From Limisphaerales bacterium (lineage in GTDB: Bacteria; Verrucomicrobiota; Verrucomicrobiia; Limisphaerales; UBA1100), in assembly GCA_014382585.1 (NCBI GenBank), contig JACNJL010000035.1, positions 3,756 to 67,755 on the forward strand: 64,000 bases of DNA, read 5' to 3'. Both the position numbers and the translations under genes were made by a program. A model generated the notes under the pieces. That model saw only the letters and a list, made by a program, of their open reading frames with translations. It made no database searches and was not told the DNA's origin. Positions within the stretch are counted from its first letter, which is position 1. Each line of letters begins with the position of its first letter. This document shows positions 56,605 to 64,000 of this stretch, one piece after another.

Positions 56605-57968
56605 TAGATTTCCCATCCGGCGCGATAGTCTTTTGTGGCGAAGGCGGTGGCTTTGGGGTTTGATGATTGGAGTTTCTTTGCGTTCCAATCAAAGCCTTCG
56701 CCGACGCGCATTGCGATGTTGCCCAACAGGATGGCTTCGGTGAAGTTGCCGGCGTGGTTGAAATTGGAGAGCGCGAGTTCGGGGTTGTTGGCCTTGATGG
56801 CTTCGGCCCACTCGAGTTTCATGCCGTCATCGCCTTTGTTATTGCGGGCGAGCACGGGGTCAGTTTTTTTGAATTCCGGCGCTGCTTTGCCGCCGGGCAT
56901 GGGGAGGAGTTTCCACGCGGCGCCGTAATCGTTGGGGGAGTATAAAATGCCTTTGGTGCCAACAATGAGCGAGCCGCTTCCGGGAGGATTGTTGCCGTGG
57001 AAAAGCTCGGCGGGCGGCAGTTTCTTTTTGCCGTTTTGCTTGCCTTCATACCAAAAGAAATCAACCGGCCCGCGGCCTTTGATGGCGGGGAATTTTAGTT
57101 TGATCACGGCCCACGCGGGAAAGGTCTCCGGGTTGATGGGGCCGACGGTGATGGGCTCGACCCACGTCGGTTGCGTGAGGCTACAACCCATATAAGCGAG
57201 GTTGGCAGTGTGGCAAGCCATATCGCCCATCGCACCGGTGCCGTAGTCCCACCAGCCGCGCCATTTGAAGGGATGATAACCGGCGTTGTACGGGCGCATC
57301 TTGGCCGGGCCAATGAACGAATCCCAATCGACGTGGTCGGGCACGGCTTGCTCGGGTAATGCCTTGGTAATGCCCGGCGCTTGGGGCCACACGGGACGGT
57401 TGGTCCACACGTGGCATTCTTTGATCGTGCCTATGGCGCCAGACCATAACGCCTCAACGCCTTCGCGCATACCGGTCATCGAGGTGCCTTGGTTTCCCAT
57501 TTGGGTGCACACTTTATTTTTCTTCGCCTCGAGGCGCATTTGTCGGGCTTCCCAAACGGTGTGGGTCAGCGGTTTTTGGCAATAAACGTGAATGCCCTGG
57601 CGCATCGCGCGGATGGCGGCGGGAGCGTGCGTGTGGTCGGGGGTGGACACGGTGCAGGCGTCGATCTCCTTGCCCATCTTGTCGAGCATCTCGCGGAAGT
57701 CGGTAAACTTTTTTGCCTTGGGAAAATTCTTGGCCGCGCCGCCGCCACGTTGGAAGTCGACATCGCAAAGCGCTACCACCTCTCCAATTTTACCCGCGCC
57801 GTTGATGTCGCTGCCGCCTTTGCCACCCACGCCGATGCCGGCAACGGCAAGGCGTTCATTGGCGCCAAATACGCGGGCAGGGAGAAAGTTCACTGCAATG
57901 GCCGAGGCCGCGCCGGCTTTGAGGATGTCGCGTCGGGTATAGGATTTGATCAATGTTTTGTGTGACAT
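56604..57968 (-). CDS. Gfo/Idh/MocA-family NAD(P)-dependent oxidoreductase with Tat signal
   Basis: RRDILKAGAASAIAVNF twin-arginine leader. GIGVGGKGG Rossmann motif. …VSTPDHTHA… family segment. Start re-derived to the ATG at 57966-57968. Confidence 0.75.
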   Translation of the reverse strand: MSHKTLIKSYTRRDILKAGAASAIAVNFLPARVFGANERLAVAGIGVGGKGGSDINGAGKIGEVVALCDVDFQRGGGAAKNFPKAKKFTDFREMLDKMGKEIDACTVSTPDHTHAPAAIRAMRQGIHVYCQKPLTHTVWEARQMRLEAKKNKVCTQMGNQGTSMTGMREGVEALWSGAIGTIKECHVWTNRPVWPQAPGITKALPEQAVPDHVDWDSFIGPAKMRPYNAGYHPFKWRGWWDYGTGAMGDMACHTANLAYMGCSLTQPTWVEPITVGPINPETFPAWAVIKLKFPAIKGRGPVDFFWYEGKQNGKKKLPPAELFHGNNPPGSGSLIVGTKGILYSPNDYGAAWKLLPMPGGKAAPEFKKTDPVLARNNKGDDGMKLEWAEAIKANNPELALSNFNHAGNFTEAILLGNIAMRVGEGFDWNAKKLQSSNPKATAFATKDYRAGWEI

Positions 57969-58327
57969 AAGAACGTGTGTGGCGGCCGAGTATCGGCTGT
58001 GCGCGAGGATGCGCAAGGGTTTTTTTGTTGAACCGCCAAATCCCCAAGTCGCCAAGTTTATTGTTTTTCAGCGTCTTTGTGATTTCGCGGTTCACCCAAT
58101 TTACCAACCCCAGCCTTTGCGGGATTCGCGACGGACAAATCGGTTGGCCCTGGCGGTTTTGGCGATGCTTCTTGGGGATCCCGCTCGAGCGGGGCGTTGG
58201 CGCGGATAGCATGGTTTCCGAGCAACATCACCTCGATGGATGGACCGGCAATCTCGAAGCGGCTCAATGGCGCGCGGCCTTTGCCGCATGAGGACTGTTT
58301 GCCGGATAATTAAATCGTGCTGAAAAA

Positions 58328-59722
58328 CTAAATCAACTGCCGTATCGGCTGGCTGTTGGTAATCGCGCGTTGGACATCGTCTGGGAGATCGGTTCGGAGG
58401 CGGAGGTTGGGGATATCGAGCAACGAGTGCATTACGGTGCCGAGGAGTTGATTGCTGGAAACCGGATCACTCGCAGGTTCGCTGACGGTTTTGTTAGACG
58501 CACCGATAATCTGACCCATCTTCAGACCGCCCCCGGCGAAGGCGAGAGTGCAAAGGTTGCCCCAGTGATCGCGGCCACCTTTTGAATTGATCTTGGGTGT
58601 GCGGCCGAATTCGCCGGTGATCACCAGCAGCACTTTCTCATAAAGCCCGCGCCGGATGAGATCCTCGATGAACGCGCTGGCCGCGCGATCGACCGCCGGA
58701 GCCTGCACCGGCATCCCGTCGGTGATGGTGTATTCCTTGCCGCCGCCGTGCATATCCCAGCCGGTGCAGGTGACGGTGACGAAACCGCAGCCGGCCTCGA
58801 CGAGCCGACGCGCCATGAGCATTTGTTTGCCGAGCGCGACGGGTGAAAACTGTTTGGCGTAACTGTTGCGTTTCATCGTGCCGGCGTCGGGTTTGATGCT
58901 GGCCGTGTCATAACGGGCAATCGTGCGTGGGTCTTCTTTCGTTAAATCAAACGCCGCACTCATGCCGCGCAGCACGATGTTGATCGCCTGCTGTTCAAAG
59001 GTGGTGGCGCTCTCGATTTGGGCATCCACACGCCGACGCAGGGTATCAAAATTTTGCAGCAGCTCGCGGCGGTTATCGAAGCGGCCACCGGGCAAATTCA
59101 GTTTCATATCCTCCAGTAGCGTGCTGCCCTTGCTGGGATCAAACGCTTTGTACGCTGGCGGCAGTGAACCGGTGGCCGTCACGCGCTGGGGCACAGCACT
59201 CAGTGCTTTGTAATCCGGGCTGATGGCCGCGGGGATAAGAATACTGTTGTTGGGCAGGCCGGTTTTGGGATTGGTGATCCCCGCCACCCGCGCATAGAGG
59301 CTGGCCATGCATGCGCCGGTGGGATTACCGCCCGCAGCCACGTGCAACGCGGCCGGACCGTGACTGCCAATGCCGTGCCGATAGCTGCGCACCACGGCCA
59401 TCTTGTGGGCCAGCTTCGCGAGCATCGGAAAATGGCTGCCAAAAGTGACGCCCGGCAGGCTGGTTTTCACCTCGCCAAACATCGCGCGATACTCGCGCGG
59501 CGCAGACATCTTGGGATCAAACGTTTCCACTTGCGACGGGCCGCCTTGCAGGTTCAGCATCACCACCGCCTTGTCGCGCACAGTGCCGCCGATTTCTCCC
59601 GCCACCCCGAGCATGTTTGGCAGCGTCAACCCACCCAGGCCCAGCGCACCAATGCGCAGAAACTCCCGCCGCGTAGCGCCTTCGCAGGTGTGTGTGAGTT
59701 CATTGGAGGTGATGCGAATCAT
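58328..59722 (-). CDS. DUF1501 (sulfatase-like) protein with Tat signal
   Basis: RREFLRIGALGLGGLTLP leader, LQGGPSQVETFDPK, GEFGRTPKINSKGGRDHW. Confidence 0.8.
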   Translation of the reverse strand: MIRITSNELTHTCEGATRREFLRIGALGLGGLTLPNMLGVAGEIGGTVRDKAVVMLNLQGGPSQVETFDPKMSAPREYRAMFGEVKTSLPGVTFGSHFPMLAKLAHKMAVVRSYRHGIGSHGPAALHVAAGGNPTGACMASLYARVAGITNPKTGLPNNSILIPAAISPDYKALSAVPQRVTATGSLPPAYKAFDPSKGSTLLEDMKLNLPGGRFDNRRELLQNFDTLRRRVDAQIESATTFEQQAINIVLRGMSAAFDLTKEDPRTIARYDTASIKPDAGTMKRNSYAKQFSPVALGKQMLMARRLVEAGCGFVTVTCTGWDMHGGGKEYTITDGMPVQAPAVDRAASAFIEDLIRRGLYEKVLLVITGEFGRTPKINSKGGRDHWGNLCTLAFAGGGLKMGQIIGASNKTVSEPASDPVSSNQLLGTVMHSLLDIPNLRLRTDLPDDVQRAITNSQPIRQLI

Positions 59723-59966
59723 AATTTGTCTTTTTACCGATTATTTGGACGGTGCCGAACCACCGTAAACTCATTTTTTCCAGCGTGCAAAAATCGATTT
59801 CCAATCGGGCTCATTCAGTTGCACTAAAAGTTTAACAGCAGCTTGCCGGTATCCTGACAAATCGGCATCGGCAAAGTGCCCACGTCTCAACCGAGATTCG
59901 CCCTCCGCGAAAAGCCCGCACCCGATCCATTACACTGCCCATCATCGTTAGCACTCCGATGCTGCG

Positions 59967-60299
59967 TTGAGATTTCCTTGGCCTCAAGAGAACCTTGCGG
60001 TTATCAATCGCTGCGTGTTTGATTATTTGCGCGATCATTCTTTTCAATATTTCGGCTTCGACTGGGCGGCCATGGTTTTTTCATTCCTCTCCATTTATTT
60101 GTTGGGAAACCGCAACCGCACCGGCTTTATCATGGGGATCATAGCCAATTTGTTTTGGTTCAGTTACGGACTGCTCACGGAGAGCGTCGCCAATATGTTG
60201 TGTTCCGCAATCATTACCGTCCTTCAGGCCCGCGGCTGGTACAACTGGAGCAAAAGCGAAGCCGAAGCTGAATCGAACTCAAAATCCGCTGATGCGTGA
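59967..60299 (+). CDS. Small hydrophobic membrane protein, hypothetical
   Basis: Two or three predicted TM helices (…MVFSFLSIYLLG…, …FIMGIIANLFWFSYGLL…). The start is uncertain. Confidence 0.35.
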   Translation: MRFPWPQENLAVINRCVFDYLRDHSFQYFGFDWAAMVFSFLSIYLLGNRNRTGFIMGIIANLFWFSYGLLTESVANMLCSAIITVLQARGWYNWSKSEAEAESNSKSADA

Positions 60300-60371
60300 T
60301 AGCTCGACATTCGATGCAATTTTGCCTAGCTTCGAACCCGTTCCGGATGAACCGGATCACCCAAACGCACT

Positions 60372-60956
60372 ATGAACTCCCGCTCATTCCTCGCCGCGCT
60401 GGCGGCCGCCTTCGTTGTTTTTGTCTGGCAATCCATTTCGCATATGGCCCTGCCGTGGTTTCACGATTCGCTCAACAAATTTGAAAACGAATCCGCGATG
60501 GTGGAGGCGATCAAGGCCAATGCCAAAGCCGATGGCGTGTACCATTTGCCTCAAGCCGACATGAATGATAAAGCGGCAATGGAAATTGCAACAAAGCAAA
60601 GCGAAACCGGCGTCTCGATGTTTCTCGCCGTGCGGCTTAATGGCCGCAGCTCCTTTGGCGTGTCGCTGGTGTACCAGTTTGTTTTCAATCTCCTCGGCGC
60701 GGTATTCGTCACATTTTTGCTCACCAAACTTTCACACTCGGGCACAGGCTGTCGCGTGGGCGTCACGGTGTTCTTCGCGCTGTTCGCCGTCGTCACCGCC
60801 ATCCTCCCCAACTGGTCGTGGTGGGCCTTTTCCAATTCCTTCACCGGCTTTATGGTGTTTGATCATCTCGTGGGCTGGACGCTTGCCGGCTTCGTGCTCG
60901 CCAAGCTCGTACCCAAAAATGATGAGGCCGAACCGGCTCAGGAAGAATCCGAGTAA
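60372..60956 (+). CDS. Hypothetical membrane protein
   Basis: N-terminal TM (FLAALAAAFVVFVW), three further C-terminal hydrophobic helices, acidic C-terminus. Confidence 0.4.
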   Translation: MNSRSFLAALAAAFVVFVWQSISHMALPWFHDSLNKFENESAMVEAIKANAKADGVYHLPQADMNDKAAMEIATKQSETGVSMFLAVRLNGRSSFGVSLVYQFVFNLLGAVFVTFLLTKLSHSGTGCRVGVTVFFALFAVVTAILPNWSWWAFSNSFTGFMVFDHLVGWTLAGFVLAKLVPKNDEAEPAQEESE

Positions 60957-60974
60957 ATTTGTGAATTCCGTGTC

Positions 60975-62552
60975 TTGCCTCCAAACCCATTGAATGGTTG
61001 CATTGGCGCACACGTGAAACGCATTACTCTTTTTCTCTTGGGGCTGCTTCTGCTGCCATCACTCTCCGCCGCACCCGCCGGCAAACGACCGAACATTTTA
61101 TTCGTCTTCACCGACGACCACGCGGCGCACGCCATCAGCGCTTATGGCTCCAAGATAAATACCACGCCCAATATGGATCGGCTGGCGAAGGAGGGGATGC
61201 TTTTTGAAAAATGTTATGTGAGCAATTCCATTTGCGGGCCAAGCCGTGCGGTGATTCTCACCGGCAAGTATAATCACCTCAACGGTTACTTCCGCAACGG
61301 CCTCACCTTCGATGGCTCGCAGCTAACTTTTCCCAAATTGCTCGGCAAGGCTGGCTACGCCACGGCGATGATCGGCAAATGGCATTTGAAAAGCACGCCC
61401 ACAGGGTTTGATTACTTCGACGTGCTCGTCGGCCAAGGGCCTTATTATAATCCGCCCATGAAAACGACTGATGCGGAAGGCAATGTCGTCACCGTGCGGC
61501 ACACCGGTTACACGACCGACATCATCACCGACAAAGCGCTGGCGTGGCTCAAGAATGATCGCGATCAATCCAAACCATTCATGCTGATGTACCAACACAA
61601 AGCTCCGCATCGCAACTGGCAGCCGGGGCCCAAGTATTTGAATATGTTCGATGGCGAAACCATCCCCGAACCGGAAACTTTGTGGGACAATTACGAAGGC
61701 CGCACCTCCGCCGCACACAAACAAGCGATGACCATCGCGCGCCATCTCAGCCCCAACGATCTCAAACTCAACGCCGCCCCCGGCAACCTCACGCCCGCCC
61801 AAAAGAAAATCTGGGACGCCGCTTACGGCCCCAAAAACGAAGCCTTCCGCAAAGCCAACCTCCAAGGCAAAGCGTTGGTGAAATGGAAATATCAGCGCTA
61901 CATCAAAGATTACCTCCGCTGCGTGCAAAGCGTGGACGACAACCTCGGCCGCGTGCTCGATTATCTCGACGCCAGCGGCCTCGCCAAAAACACCATCGTC
62001 ATTTACAGCAGCGACCAAGGCTGGTACCTCGGCGATCACGGCTGGTACGATAAACGCTGGATGTACGAGGAAAGCCTCGTGATGCCGCTGCTCGTCCGCT
62101 GGCCCGGCGTCGTCAACCCCGGCAGCCGCAACACCGACATTGTTTCCAACCTGGACTTTGCCGAAACATTTTTAGACATCGCCGGCGTAAAAATCCCCGC
62201 AGAAATGCAGGGCCACAGCCTCGTGCCGCTCCTCGAAGGCCGCACGCCCAACAATTGGCGCACGCATTTTTATTATCACTACTACGAATTCCCCGGCGCC
62301 CACAGCGTCGCCCGTCACTACGGCGTCACCAACGGCCGCCACAAACTCATTTACTTTTATCAAAACGACGAGTGGGAACTTTTTGACCTCGGCAAAGATC
62401 CCAACGAGCTCACCAGCGTCTACGGAAACAGCGACTACAAAAAAGTGCAGTCCGACCTCCTCGCCCAACTTAAACGCCTCCGCGCCCAATACAAAGTCCC
62501 CGAGCAAGACCCCGTCCGGTCACCCCGCAAACCCAGCCCAAAGAAAAAGTAG
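60975..62552 (+). CDS. Formylglycine-dependent sulfatase (arylsulfatase family)
   Basis: [25 protein letters not shown] (C-x-P-S-R FGly motif). GKWHL. Signal peptide after an N-terminal extension, so the true start may be a downstream GTG or ATG. Confidence 0.85.
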   Translation: MPPNPLNGCIGAHVKRITLFLLGLLLLPSLSAAPAGKRPNILFVFTDDHAAHAISAYGSKINTTPNMDRLAKEGMLFEKCYVSNSICGPSRAVILTGKYNHLNGYFRNGLTFDGSQLTFPKLLGKAGYATAMIGKWHLKSTPTGFDYFDVLVGQGPYYNPPMKTTDAEGNVVTVRHTGYTTDIITDKALAWLKNDRDQSKPFMLMYQHKAPHRNWQPGPKYLNMFDGETIPEPETLWDNYEGRTSAAHKQAMTIARHLSPNDLKLNAAPGNLTPAQKKIWDAAYGPKNEAFRKANLQGKALVKWKYQRYIKDYLRCVQSVDDNLGRVLDYLDASGLAKNTIVIYSSDQGWYLGDHGWYDKRWMYEESLVMPLLVRWPGVVNPGSRNTDIVSNLDFAETFLDIAGVKIPAEMQGHSLVPLLEGRTPNNWRTHFYYHYYEFPGAHSVARHYGVTNGRHKLIYFYQNDEWELFDLGKDPNELTSVYGNSDYKKVQSDLLAQLKRLRAQYKVPEQDPVRSPRKPSPKKK

Positions 62553-62608
62553 AGGCGCAAAACGTCGACACGGATTTATCATCCGTGTGAATCCGTGAAA
62601 TCCGTACC

Positions 62609-64000
62609 TCACTCCCCGCGCAAGTAAGCCAGCAAATCGGCCAACGCGGCAGGCGGCAACGCGGCTTCGAGGCCGGGGGGCATTAGGGAGAGGCCGGTGC
62701 TTTGGAGGGTTTTAATGTTGGCGCGAAGGATGGTTTGCTCGGCGCCGATGGCGGTGCGCAGGGTGAGGCTGGTGGGGGTCTCGGCGGTGATGACGCCGGT
62801 GTGCGCGGTGGCGTTGCGGGTGATGATGACGTAACCGACGTACTTGTCTTCCACGGCGCGGTTGGGATCGAGGATGCCGGTGAGCCAATCGGCGATGGGT
62901 TTGCCGGCGAGCGTGGCGAGGTCGGGGCCGACGGGGTTGCCTTGGTTTTTGAATCGATGGCAAACGGCGCAGTTGGCTTTGAACAGGAACGCGCCGTCCT
63001 CGGCGTTACCATTGAGTTTTCCAACACCGGCATACCGGGCGATAACTTTGGCGCGGTTGGGATCGACTTTACCAAAGAGTTCAGTGGCGCGCGCGCGGAG
63101 GGTGGCGTCAGCGTGTTGGGTCAATTTCTGCCGGTGCGCGGGGCTGATTTGGTTCGCGGCCAAAGTACCTTTCTCGAGCGCGGCAAGGAGGGTTTGCGTC
63201 CACGCGGGCCGGGTTAGAAAAGTTTCAATCGCTTCAGCGCGAATAGCCGGGCTGAAGGTTTTCCAACTATCGAGCAGCGCGGAAACCAAATGCGGCTGGT
63301 GAACTTTTCGCAAAGTGGCGAAAGCAATTTTTTGAAGCGCGGGCGGATGCTCGGCGGCGAGCAATTTGACGAGCGTTTTTTTGTCGGCATCAATCGGTGT
63401 GAGGCCACGGGCAAGGAGGGGGATGGCGGCTTGGCGCTCGGCGAGTGTGGCATTCGGATTGGCGGCGGTGGCGCGGGCGTGATTGAACAGGGCTGTGGTT
63501 TTGTCGAGGGCGGCTTTGAGTTTTGGCGGAGCGGTCTTTTGGAAATCGATGAGGGTTTGGCCGCGGGCGTTGAGGGCGTCGAGGAGGCCGGCCATGATGG
63601 TGAGTTCGCCGGGCGTGATGCGGACGTCGGACGTGAGGTCAGCCAACACGGTGGTGAGGGCATCGAGTTGTTTGCCGGTGGTGGCGAGTTGGAGGAGGTG
63701 ATTGGAGAGGTCGACGGGTGGGCGGCCTTTTTGGGTGAAGATTTGCTTGAGCATCGCGGCGGCGTGCGGGGCGGCAGAGCTTTTTACAGCCAACTGAATG
63801 TCAGCATTTTTCGGATGCTGCACGGCGAGGTACACGAGGCCTTCGGTGACGAGCTTGCCCTTGCCTTGGCCGAGCGTGAAGGCGAGTTGACGAAGGACGC
63901 GCGGGGATTTGTCGGCGAGGCATTGGCGGGCGAGGGCTTCGTGGCCGCCTTCGCAGAGGCGCACGGCGTGTTCGCGGACGGCGGCGTGGTCATCGCGCAG
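62609..64000 (-). CDS. PVC-type HEAT-repeat protein with a C-terminal c-type cytochrome (CxxCH) domain. The N-terminus lies beyond the window end.
   Basis: CAVCHRFKNQGNPVGPDL heme-binding motif near the C-terminus. Upstream helical-repeat sequence. The frame stays open through position 64000. Confidence 0.6.
   Translation of the reverse strand: MRDDHAAVREHAVRLCEGGHEALARQCLADKSPRVLRQLAFTLGQGKGKLVTEGLVYLAVQHPKNADIQLAVKSSAAPHAAAMLKQIFTQKGRPPVDLSNHLLQLATTGKQLDALTTVLADLTSDVRITPGELTIMAGLLDALNARGQTLIDFQKTAPPKLKAALDKTTALFNHARATAANPNATLAERQAAIPLLARGLTPIDADKKTLVKLLAAEHPPALQKIAFATLRKVHQPHLVSALLDSWKTFSPAIRAEAIETFLTRPAWTQTLLAALEKGTLAANQISPAHRQKLTQHADATLRARATELFGKVDPNRAKVIARYAGVGKLNGNAEDGAFLFKANCAVCHRFKNQGNPVGPDLATLAGKPIADWLTGILDPNRAVEDKYVGYVIITRNATAHTGVITAETPTSLTLRTAIGAEQTILRANIKTLQSTGLSLMPPGLEAALPPAALADLLAYLRGE

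Noticed and set aside
1-64000. A CRISPR array or rRNA genes
   Set aside because: No spaced direct-repeat array and no rRNA-like conserved segments were seen anywhere in the window.

Overview
This 64 kb window is a high-GC chromosomal stretch whose gene content points to the Planctomycetota/Verrucomicrobiota (PVC) group. Evidence for that: four DUF1501 sulfatase-like genes with twin-arginine signals, two DUF1549/DUF1553 (PSCyt) genes, a CxPSR sulfatase, Sel1-repeat proteins, PQQ beta-propellers, and a HEAT/cytochrome-c protein. I call about 48 protein-coding genes and see no rRNA, CRISPR array or complete tRNA. Two clearly AT-rich segments interrupt the high-GC background. The first (1-~2300) carries orphan genes and ends at a 3' tRNA fragment, which looks like an integration-site remnant. 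The second (16120-17620) is a 1.5 kb insert bracketed by a roughly 200 bp diverged direct duplication of the 3' end of the adjacent PQQ-propeller gene. Three things stand out in the hunt. (1) A flotillin/SPFH gene sits in an operon with an 1834-residue coiled-coil protein that has a MoxR/AAA_5-like AAA+ core. I do not recognise this pairing as a described system. Next to it, a single-HKD phospholipase-D-family nuclease is translationally coupled to a 635-residue polytopic membrane protein. (2) A tight operon encodes what looks like a complete eukaryote-like ether-lipid pathway: a GNPAT-like acyltransferase, alkyl-DHAP synthase, an SDR reductase and a PlsC acyltransferase. It is headed by an HMG-CoA-reductase-family enzyme and preceded by an MMPL/RND exporter. 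(3) An LplT-type MFS transporter is paired with an acyltransferase. All calls are from reading translated ORFs for motifs. No database search was possible, so family assignments are motif-based and starts are approximate. The ORF track treats TTG and GTG as start codons, so I re-derived several starts to ATG.
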